Origin: Lytechinus pictus
Taxonomy: Eukaryota
Assembly (NCBI RefSeq): GCF_037042905.1
Contig: NC_087245.1
Span: 11,534,001-11,598,000, forward strand
Direction of reading: 5' to 3'
DNA: 64,000 nucleotides
Part shown: positions 1 to 12,300 of the stretch, one piece after another
Position numbering within the stretch: position 1 is the stretch's first letter
Layout: each line of letters starts with the position of its first letter
The notes under the pieces: model-generated
What the model was told of the DNA's origin: nothing
The model's database searches: none
The model's input: only the letters and a program-made list of their open reading frames with translations
Translations under genes and position numbers: made by a program

Positions 1-75
1 GTAAACTTGCAGTAATTAATGGTGTATGATCATGAGCTTTAGATAACTATAGATAAACATAATTCATATTCATAG

Positions 76-3000
76 GACAGCACAGGAAGTGGAGAAACTT
101 GTGATACAAACTGGTGCTACTCCAGCTACAATAGCTGTATTAGATGGAAAGATTTGTGTAGGCCTCACAGATAGTCAGTTACAGCGTTTGGCTACAACTC
201 AACATGCTGTCAAGACATCCAGGCGAGATCTTGCATGGGTATTGAGTCAGGTAACCTATTCTTTCCTTGTATGTTATGTATCCATCACTGACCACCGGAG
301 GCCAGGGGCATAATGGTTTTGTTTGTACAAAGTTATGGCTTATTCAGTCATTGCGCAAAACATACTAATGTAACTAATATTCTGGTTTGTAAATGTGTTC
401 ATCGTAATAGGGAGAAAGAACCACCAAACCTATCATCAAATAGGTAGCCTAATTCCTCCTGATATCGATGTTTCAAACTCCACATTTTGATGTAGGGGGT
501 TATTGTAATGTAATTATTAATTACTTGCAACTTGTTTTTATATTTTTATACCATCCATTCTTTATTTAGGCCGATGTTCATTTGTTTTTAGTATATTTTT
601 ATTTAGCCCATAACTTTTCTCCTATAATTCCAAATGTGACCAAACTTTTCTTCCATTCATCTAAATAAAATGATCTTCATTATTGTTTTTGCAATTTGGC
701 AAGACACAAATAAGGTTTATGCCTATATTGGTTTTTTTTTAATTCCCATCTTGTTTTATGCAGTTCTGTTTTGTAAGTACTCACTTTACATATACTTAAT
801 TCAATGATTTCTTTAAATGCAGAAAATTTCTGGAGGAACAACTGTATCTGGTACTATGATAGCAGCTCATCTAGCTGGTATTCCTATTTTTGTGACCGGT
901 GGTATTGGAGGGGTTCATCGAGGAGGTGAAACAAGTATGTGAAATTTAAGCAATCTATCTCTTTGTTAATTCTGTGTCCCATAATTATAATTGTTTGGAA
1001 TATTCATAGGTAAAAATATTTTGAAAAACAATATCAATATCAGGGCAATACAAGGAGTTCAGTGTAATTACTGATTTAATAACAAATTTTATATGATGCA
1101 GACAGGGCCATTGTGGAAAGTTCTTTTGTAACTGGTAATGCAACACTTTGTAAATTAAACTAAAGGTGATTAAATAATTATTTCAATTGACATTCATATC
1201 TTTCTTATTTTTTCCAACAAATTGGTGATGGACAGCTTTCAGTATTACACATTGTCTGTTGACATCAGATCTTATTTTTATGATATCCTAATGATTAATG
1301 AAAATATTTTTTTTTAGGCAAAAGTTAATGATACTAATCCCTGTTCTTGTGTTTGCAGTTCTCATTACTTTCGACATATGAAGCTTCTAAACATATGCTC
1401 CTGCCTGCATCAGTTGGCCTTGCTTGATTTGGGTACATATTTTGTGCTTAAGGTTAGGTTTGTGGATGTAATAGACTTTTTATAGGGAATTATGAAAATA
1501 TAAGGTCTAGTATAGCATAAGTATAAATTTGGCTTTAGTACATGGATGTAGATTTTCCAAGGGAAAATTGTATACAGAGCAAATGTAAATTGAAGCCTGT
1601 GAACCCCAACCTTATGGGATTCTTACTTTTCTGCCCGTTATCAGGTATGGATGTGAGTGCAGATTTACAGGAGCTTGGACGTACACCTGTCACTGTCGTA
1701 TCCGCTGGCATCAAATCCATTTTGGATATACCTCGCACCTTGGAATATCTGGTATGTCATCTCTTTCCAATCGATACAGTGTATTGAATCTTTCAAAATC
1801 ATGCAATCACCGTGTAATTGATATGTTCCTGATTTGACCATACCCTTGCTAATAAATCTCGTATACAGTGAAACCTGATCCAGTGACCACCCTTCTTTCT
1901 ACAGTAGCTACATTTTCTGTTTCTCTTTTATTCTTTATTGACAGGATTTAAAGTGTGATTCTTCATTACTTTCTACTAAAATGTAGACTGGACATTGTCA
2001 AGAAAACCCCCAACTTTTTTTGCAGTACCACATATTCCCGGATACTGTAACATCAAATGTTTGTATGTGTGATCATCTTTATATTGTGGTAAAGAGTTGA
2101 GAAAAAATATCAATGAACCCACATGGGGCAGCTTACATATACACAGAAAGTCTTTTATTGTTGTGAATGATGGGTCTTAATTATGATTGTTAGAAAGACC
2201 AGCCGATTGTAATATGATGTTTGATTTCTATTTACCACATTTTTTTTAAAACTCATTTAACCCTGCATTTTCCTGAATGGTTTGGTGGTTGATAATGGAT
2301 TCTTCATCAAGTCTGTTTTCTTTTTGTTGGCATATTGTTATTTGTTTTGTGACACCACTCTGAATCTGTCTCTTACATCCTTTCAGGAAACTCAAGGTGT
2401 AACAGTTGCAACGTATGGATCCTCATTAGAGTTCCCAGCATTCTTTACAAGACATAGTGGAGTGAAGTCTCCCTGTAATATAGGGACAGCTCGAGAGGCT
2501 GCTGAACTTATAGGTATGGTGGTCGTTGATATGCCTAGCTAATAATGTGAGTTGGTTTGTTTACCATTTCTAAAGGTGAAAAATATTATCAAATCATCCC
2601 TGACCCTTCCAAATGAAGTGTCATAAAACATGCTAACCACAAAGAAACATTGCCTCTTGTAGAGTGTATGATTATGTATTTTGTACCCAATCAACTAACC
2701 ACACCTGAACTGGTTCTTGTTCAATAATTTGTGCCCTTTGTTGCACAACCCTCTTTTACGCCAGAACCGTGGCTTGCAGCTAGTTCTTTTGCACACCAAC
2801 TTGTTTGCTATTCATGGTACAGGTATAAATGACAAAAACGAGCTAGATATGCATAATACATCCACTTCCTTCAAAATATGTGTATTGCTGGGTACAGTGT
2901 GGTATTCATAGTATAGCAATACACAGCAAATGCAGAGCTGCCAAATAGTAGGATTTTGTCGTATTCCGTACGATTTTTCACTTAAAATACGACACTACGA

Positions 3001-6000
3001 TTTTTCTAAATAAAATAGGATTTTACGAAAATATAGCTATGTGCATCCGTGTATTATGTGTGTGTATATCTCATTGGCATTACGTACGTAATACCGCGCT
3101 CGTATATAGCGAGCGCGGTATTACGTTGTGTGTGTGCACAACAGGCAAGTACGATGTTCCCAGCGCTAGCGCAGCCATGGCCAATCCAGGACTCATGTGT
3201 GCGCGCGTGCATGCTTATGCATGTACTGTGTGCGCGCGTGCATGCTTATGCATGTACTGTGTGCGAATCTCGCGGCGCTTTATCATCTTTGGTGCGAAGC
3301 TAAATTCACTGTACTGTGTAGCTACCGGTACGGTACTAGCGCGCTGGCCTGGCTGACGATACCGCATGCTCCGGCCGGCCTCGTACTCGTCTTGAGCACC
3401 GTCGTCGTTTGTGTCTGTGATCATATTGTGAACAACGGACAAAGAGAGTTAATTCTGTAATATTCATCATGGCATCGAAAGGATCTGGATCATCACGGAG
3501 ACAAACATTCCTATCCGAATATACGACTAGGTGGCCATGCATAGTGGCCAGCAAGAAGAACGATTACACCGCTCGATGTACGGCATGTGCATGTGACTTC
3601 TCGATATCGCATGGCGGTGCGAAGGACATCAGCTTGCACCTAAGTCGGCAGAAGCATCGACAAGCTGTGGAAGCCATGAAAAACGTGACAACACTTGCTA
3701 CATTTTGGACAAAAACAGATTTTTCTGGACAAAACTGCTTTGAAATGAAATTCAGTGATAATCTATTAAGTAAGTGCAAGGGAGCAGCGACATCAGCAGC
3801 TGCATCAGGGTCCCACATGTAAATGAGGTAACCTATCAGTCATGCATGTAATTATGTTACTATAAAATGAAGAACCTATGAATTTACCCCCCCTAATCCT
3901 ATTCAAACCTGTCGTATACATAATATACATGTAAAAATTACAGTTGGCACAGCAAAATAATGAGATGTATGATAGGAAAGTACACGATGGGTATGAATAG
4001 GATTTTTTGTCTAAAAATAGGATATTTGGGGTTAAATAATAGGATTTTTGTTGAAGTGTGGTTGGCAGCTCTGCAAATGGTATGGCTATAGCATTTAAAC
4101 GTCTGTCCATCAGCCTGGCTCAATAATGGTACACGTGGAAGATGGATGATTTATATTACTTGACCCAGTAATGCTGGATCTAGTTGATCAAATAGTACAC
4201 CACCAACCTAGTCCCTTGTAGTCAATGCACTGACTCATGACATTATTTCTAGAATTGAATTCAAGATCATTTATTATCATGTATTTGGGGGGCAGCATGG
4301 TTTTAAAAAAAATGAATACCACACTTACATATTCACTGACTTACATAATGTGTGTTTTCATGTCAGTTTCCTTGCTTAGGTTTCAGTCGCAACTCAGAGA
4401 CAAATGTTGTCGAAGTGTTCAAAATAACGACCCAGACTTTCTTTCCATCTCACATTATTGGTGAATTTTATGCATTGAAAAATGAAAAACTAAAAAAAAC
4501 CCATACAGTTAACAAATATAATCAAAATCACATCCCAAATTTTATTTGTCATCACGTTGTTGTGTTATTATTGGATACAAACAGTACAACTGTCCATTTA
4601 TTCCAAAGTACAGCCAACCTTGCTGCAAAAAACGATTTTCATCTAGTCCACCAGAGAGACTCAGAAAACATCATAATATACATTGCCACAGACGGTCAAA
4701 ACAGAATGAAAGCAAGAATCATAAACTTCAGTCCTCCTGACTTTGAAACAGATCACTAAATTCATCATCCTCCAGTTGGATTCAAAATTCTGAGTTGGCT
4801 GCTCCTGCTCCTAGGCTTTTTGGCCTAGGGTGTGTTGAGTGGTTCCGAAGTGATGATGATAGTCGGTTATTCTCTTGAGCTAGAGACTGAATTGGATACA
4901 GCGGATGCAGATGATGGTTGGCTATAGGTAACGGGGATGGCAGGGGTCTGGAGCTGGCTGCTGTTTCCAAGGACGTCAGACAACCCGCCACCAGTCATGC
5001 CGCTGAAGTTAAATGAACTTTGGGGAGGGCAGGAACCTGCCTGCAATGTGGCCATAGCCCCTGAAATGATTTAATGGGCACTGGTATCCTGACAGGTGGC
5101 CGCAGGGGGAGAGTTAGCATGAAGAAGGGTCTGTAACAAACAGAGAAGGAAAAATTAATGATCCAGCTGTGAATATTAATATGTAAACAGATGTCAATTC
5201 ATTGCACGAAATACTCCGAAATTTGTCAGAGGAACGGTGTATTACAACAAATTTTTAAAAGTTTAATTACTGGTCGCTGCTGATGTACCTGAGGGTAAAA
5301 CTGTTGCTGCGTTGGCTGGGGACTATTGAGCCTAGATGTGTTGTTGCTGTTGCTGGGCCATTGCCACAAACTTCATGACTATTGCAAAACCTTGAGACTG
5401 GTACTACAATCACAGATGTTTGGGGATGCTGTGGTGAACACTTGGCATCCACTGCATCCGTGCGTCGCGTTTACTTATCGCGGGGTTTGATGCTGGCGAT
5501 ATACTGCTTGCCTAATATACAACATACATGATGAGACTTAATGTAAAGGAGAAATAATACCTTGGACGGTATATCTGCAAGATTTTGTTGGAGTACAACG
5601 AATATTACGTGAAATAAATACCTGAGCAAGCGCAGCCTGAGACTCATTCAGATCCTGCTTACTCTCCGACACAAGGTTGACCAGGACTTATAGCTGGAGC
5701 TTGGAAAGCAAGGACAATAAATCAAAAGCAATAAGACAAGATATGCTAAGAACTGAACCCTTGCAGATGCTTACTAAACCAAGGTCTTGGGAAGACAAAA
5801 GCTTCTTATTCCCACGGTAGTATGGCTGCAGAAAAGAACTTCGCTGGAGCTTCCTCAATTGGAAAAATGTGTAGGGTTTGGAAGTGCCGAAACCAGACTT
5901 GCCCTTAGTCTCTCTTTGGCAGCTTATGATAGTCCATTCTTATGTTTCTGAAGTGCTTGAAGATTTTTTCACCTATCTCGGCTGCACACAAAACAAAAGA

Positions 6001-6299
6001 TAAAGATAGGCATAAAAAATGTACTTATATATAAAGGCACAGGAACACATACATAACAAACTGTATATTTCAATGCAAATAATTATAACAAAAGCTGATG
6101 GCTGAAGAGGTTTAAAAACTTAAATTTGAACCCAAGAGACATGGGTAGCTCTCCCAACTTTTCACTTTATTTTTGTAGTCCTCTTCCTATATCATAGAAC
6201 AAAGGGTTATCCTTGAAGAACTTGGCTATTTTCTCTTCTTGCTCATCTGTAAAGGACCTGCTGGAGTTCATTGACTGTTGGCTTACTTGGATTCAGGCT

Positions 6300-6330
<31 letters not shown>

Positions 6331-9300
6331 GGGGGGGGGTTGTGTCCGTAGCCTTATCTCTGTCATATCCAACTCTCTCTTGGCATTTCATTAGTTACCT
6401 CTGCTCAGTATGTTATGCTAAGTATCTTTGTATTTTATTACTATTTACTTAATCCAGCATGGGAATGTTTTATTATCTACTACACTTGATTTTCTCCTAC
6501 ACTTGATTTTCTCCATCCAACATTCTGAATTGCATTGCACATTCCAATCATGGTCTTATACTTATGTTTCAGATATGAACCTTTCCCTTGGTCTTGGAAG
6601 TGGGATATTAATTGGAGTACCTATACCAAAGGAATATGCTGCTGATGGTGAAATGATAGAGGATGCCATACAAACAGCCTTGTCAGAAGCTAAGTAAGTG
6701 TGTTTTTATTCTTAATCAAAGTATCTGCAATACCGCAATCTGATCTTTAAAAGACATTCCGCAGCGATGCATTGAAATGTGTATCTTGTATAATTTTTCT
6801 TCTTTTTTGTTCAGCCTAGTTGGCTAGTAGAATAAATTTGAATTTAAAAAAGGAGAAGTCAATACAATTACTCACAAATTGTGATTGTCAATATGAAGGT
6901 AATAATTATAGGTTCATATGGTTATTTTTCATTCTTTGGGACTTTGAAGTTTACTAGAAGTAAGGAAGAATCAGTGGGGTTGGAATGTTCTGACCAGACC
7001 AGGCATATGGAGGGCAAACCATTGTGTGTAAGCATTTCTCAACCCCAATTTTAATTTAACAAAGAAATGCATTCAGTATCAATGTCATTTTCATCAAATA
7101 TTCCAGAGCCCTAAGAAATGCACTGCCAAGATGTAGAAATGTTAAAAAAGTGGGTTCCATTTTCTCATTTCTTTGATCAGCCAATAACCCCTAGCATAGC
7201 AGGGGTTTGTGTGCATCATGAGGTAAACTGATTGGCTAAGATCAGTTTAATATCTATCTTGATAGAGTAAATGTGCAGTGATGGTGATGGTTCACATACA
7301 TATTCAGATGTGCACAAACAGAATTGTGGATTGCTTTCAGTTTCAATGACATACCTGTATTCAATGCCATCATTGAATACCATTTGTGAATCAGATTATT
7401 TCTTCCAGATTCAATTACTTTAGATATTGGGCAGCTCTGTTAATATGAAATATATGTTATAATCTCTTTGTTTCCAGTGATGAAGGAATCGGAGGGAAAG
7501 AAGTAACTCCATTTATCTTGAGCAGAGTCAATGCATTAACACAAGGAAAATCCCTTGAAGCCAGTATCCTTTTCATAATAGAAATATATATAGTGATGCA
7601 GACCAAAATATGCGTTTTAATGTATGGCTAAAACGATCTATAAAGATGATAATTGAATATCCTGCAGGTATTACTGTATTTTCTGAGTGCTAGCAGGGAC
7701 TTACAATTTCATCTTTTTAATTGGAGATCTACGAGAATCATTATATCATGTTGTTATTGTGAATATCCAGGGTTGAATTCATCACAGATTAGAACAATCA
7801 CATTGCGATATATAACCTCATATTGGCAATAGTCATTGTATTAATAATAATAATATAGGATTTGTATAGTGCACGTCTCCACCTGCCGGTACCTGGTATA
7901 ATGTGATCAGGTACACAGGATATGTAAGATGTCGTTATTCACATTGACCAATGATGTTACAAAATTCAAATAGATTCCTTAATATGCCCTCTTCAGATAT
8001 TGCTCTTGTAAAAAACAATGCAAAAGTTGGAAGCAAGATAGCACTTGAGTTGGCTGCCATCAGAAGAAAATGCACAGGGAACCGGTTGTCGTCTAACATT
8101 CCACACGTTACCAAGAGAGATTATTCTACTTATGCTGTCAGACACAGGAGTAGAAGAAATGTCAGGAGACTTCTTTGTACATCATCTGCTAGTCCTCCTG
8201 TAGTAATAGGAGCTAGTATTGTGGACCATACAGCTTCATGTCATGGAGGAGAGCTTGTGGTAAGCTTGTTCTCCTTTGTGTTATGTTGCGAGATATATAT
8301 TCATGAGCCCTTGCAAGTGAAATATATTCATGTTGATATGAATGACTTCATGCATTTTGGATGTGTTTATTGTAATGGAATCAAAGTAAGGCAATTAGGT
8401 AAATCAAAAAGAACTTTTGAGGTTATCTCGCTCTCCCCTGTATTCAGAAGTAGTCAATCTTAGCTATCTTTCTCTTTTACATCCATGTGGAGAAAATACT
8501 TTTCATTTTCAAATTGACACTTCAAATTGAAATAGCCTGAATATTATCCAGACATCAGACTCATTACTGGTATTATATATTTGTCTTGATAATAATGGAA
8601 TTTTTGATTTGGCAATTTCTAAAGGCAATATTTATAAGAAGCTTTTGAAATGAATTTAATCTTTTATTCATAGTATGGAGGACAGACAAATCGTGGTTCA
8701 TTCAGGATTGGGTATGGAGGAGTAGGAAGAAATCTTGCAGATGCCTTGACAAGACTAGGAGCCTCACCTATTTTCCTCTCTGCCATTGGAAATGACTTTG
8801 CTGGCCAAGCTCTCCGCAATAACTGCAGTCATATGGTAATAAAATGTGTTTTTTTTTATGACAGTTTGCTACATGAATTATCAGTATCTAGCACAGCTAC
8901 AATATTAATATACATTTTCTTTATGATGCCATGATTCAACAAACTTCTGAACAGTGTACATGTATAGGCACACAACAGCAAAATATAAATATTAGATTTC
9001 AATTAAAAAACTTATCAGTTGCCTTGTTGCAGTCTTTATACTAGTTTTCCTGACTATGTTAAAGTTTCTGAATCATCCACATGTCAGTTGCTACTCAGTA
9101 TGTCCACTTGTTTTAGCCTCTCCTGTCTCTGTCATTCTCTGATTAGAGACCAGTATAGGTACCAGCATCTTCTTAGGATCCCCAAACATGAGTCTCCTTC
9201 GGTGAATGGCTTTACACAACAGCAGCACATGTTAGAAAATAATTCACAATTGCATTTAAGAATAGTGACATCATTTCAGACTTTCAATTCTAAGCTGAAA

Positions 9301-12300
9301 TCTATTTATTTGTTTACAACTTTCATTCTTTCACTCTGGCTCGTGTCCAAACTCTCTTCTCAATTTTGCATACGTTGGAATGGAGTTTTCCTTGATTATA
9401 TAAGACTATTAAAATACCTATTATAATTACTGTAACTTCTTTTTCCTTAGAAAATGAAACTATTCCCTATCAAAACCCACCTTTGCTGAGCTCATTCAAC
9501 ATCACCTGTAAATCAAACATGTATTGATTGATTGATTGAATTTATTTTTTCTTCATTTCAAACAAATTGACAAAGTAAGTAGGAACAAAACACAATATGA
9601 ATAACAGAAATGAAAAAAAGGGAACTCACTGGAAAGCTTCGCTTGTTTATGTGAGTCCCCTGAAATAAATAACTGATTAAAATTTATCAAATACAAATAT
9701 AAATTAACAATGTTCAATAAAATATTTGAAGACTACTAATGGGGTCAAGCTTCGTATGTTTATGCAATATACAAAAATTAATACATTGAAGACAATATAT
9801 TCATACCCATGGTATACAGATATATATATATACAAGATAACAATTCAAATATTGTACGTAAGATAAATTTAACAAGACAAGAGGGAATATTAACAGAGAA
9901 AAAAACAAAAAACAAAACAAAGACAGTGTACCGAAGAGGACAAGACAGGACAAAACAGGACAGAGAAACAAAAAACAAAACAAACACTACAGATAACAAG
10001 CCAAAAGACCAGAACAGACAAAACAAACAAGAAATCTGCACATTAAGAATAGAAAGAGAAGATGAAAATGTGAGGAGAGGGGAATAGAAAATAAGAAAAA
10101 TAAAAATAAAAACAAAAAGAGAATGCTGCTTAAGTAGAGACGTTGGATATCTGCGGTTTATATTTGTGGAGAAGAATTTTCTTTAATCCATTACTGAAGC
10201 TAAAATGTGTCGGTTTATTGCGCACGGATTCCAAAAGAGAGTTCCAAAGTTGTGTACCGGTAAAAATAAATGTTTTATTCAGAAGGATGGTTCTAGCTCT
10301 TGGTGGGTGAAAAAGTCCGGCGGACCTTGTTGGATAATGATGAATATTGACATTTTTAGTGAACATGGAATAAAAAATATTTGGTAGTTCATTTCTATCT
10401 AAAGTATACATAAGCTTTCCAAGATTATAACTATATAAATCACCGACCTTCAAAATATTATGATTGTAGAAAAGTACATCAGTGTGTGCCCGAAAATCTG
10501 TATGACAAATAATACGCAAAGCCTTTTTCTGTAAAAGTAGAATTCTGTTGACGAGGTAGTCAGCACAATTCCCCCAAGCTATTATGCCATAGTTTAAGTG
10601 CGGCAGAATCAAAGTTGAATACAAATTAAATAATATATGGGTTGGGAAGAAAAATTTTACTTTATTTATGATACCAATATTTCTCGAAATTATTTTACAA
10701 ATGTGATCTACGTGTTCCTTCCAGGATAAATTGCTGTCAATAGTTATACCAAGAAACTTAGTACTGTTAACTCTTTGTATGCTAGTATTTTCAAAAATAA
10801 CATTGCCTGGAAGATCATCTATAATATTACTGAAGAGCATATAGTTTGTTTTTTGAAGATTAAGTGATAATTTATTGGCTTTGATCCATTCTGAAACCTG
10901 TTCGAGTTCATGATTAATGGTGGCAAGTAAATGGCGTGGATCCTTGTGGGAGAAAAAAATATTAGAGTCGTCAGCAAACAATGTAAAAGATAAAATATTG
11001 GAAGACTTGCAAAAATCATTAATATATATAAGGAAAAGTAGGGGACCCAAGATAGAGCCCTGCGGAACACCACAGTTAACCATTTTTGTTTCGGAGATAG
11101 TATTTTCGATAGAGACAAATTGTTTTCTACTGTCTAGGTAGTTCCTGAACCACTCCAAGGCTATTCCTCTGACTCCATAATAATTAAGTTTGTATAATAA
11201 TATTTCATGATTAATGGTATCAAAAGCCTTGGAGAAGTCCAGGAACACCCCAACAGTATGCTCAAAATTGTCGATTCCCCTAGCAATCTTGTCAACTATA
11301 GTTAATAAAGCATGTGTAGTATTATGATTCTCACGAAAGCCAAATTGTAAAGGATAAAATAAATCATGCATATTAAAGAATTTCGATGTGCGAACAAATA
11401 TAAGTTTTTCAAGAACTTTAGACAAACATGTTAATAGGGATATTGGTCGATAATTACCTAACACCGTACTGTCACCTTTCTTAAATACAGGAATAACACG
11501 AGCTAGTTTCAGTGATGAAGGTACAACACCGGTAGACATGCATAAATTATAAATATATGTCAAGGGCTTAGCAATTAACTCACAATTCTTCTTTAACAAG
11601 ATATTATTAATACCATCATGACCACGACTTTGCTTATTTTTTAAGTTATGAATTATGTTCGCAATTTCCGCCTCATCTGTAGGAATAAAATAAATTGAAT
11701 TTGGGTTGGGGTCACGAAGGAAATCTCTAAAGTGTTTTCTGGGGTTAGGAATACCTCTGGCAAGATTTGGGCCAATACTAGAAAAATAATTATTAAAAGT
11801 GTTTGCCAATGTATGTGGATCTTCTATAAGATTACCATCAACATTTATTTTGGAAACAGTAGATTTTTTAGTTTTACCTTGCAAGACTTCCTTGATTATT
11901 TTCCAGGTATTTTGTATATCATTTTTGTATAAGTGAAACTGGTTGCAAAAATAGATATTCTTACTTTTCCTAAGTATTCCAGTAAGAATGTTTTTGTAGT
12001 CTGTGTATCTTTTTTTATTCTTATCACATGGTTTAACAATAGATTTTATATAAAGATTATTTTTCCTATTAATGGATCGTAAAATGCCCTTGGAGATCCA
12101 TGGGGATCTTGGAATCTTTTTGTAGTTTGATCTTTTTTTCCGTATCAAAGGAAAACAAAGATCCATCTTAGAAGAAATAATACTCATGAAGGAATCAAAT
12201 GCATCGTTAGCATTTTGTAAAGTGAAGATTCCCGACCAGTCTGTGTTTTCTAGCTCTTGTTTGAATTTCCCCATATTATGTTCAGAAAAATCAAGTTGTG

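Noticed and set aside
7951..7996. In-frame ATGs in the U12 intron suggesting a kinase-only isoform
   Set aside because: No promoter or transcript evidence. The stretch overlaps the branch site and is explained as chance open frame.
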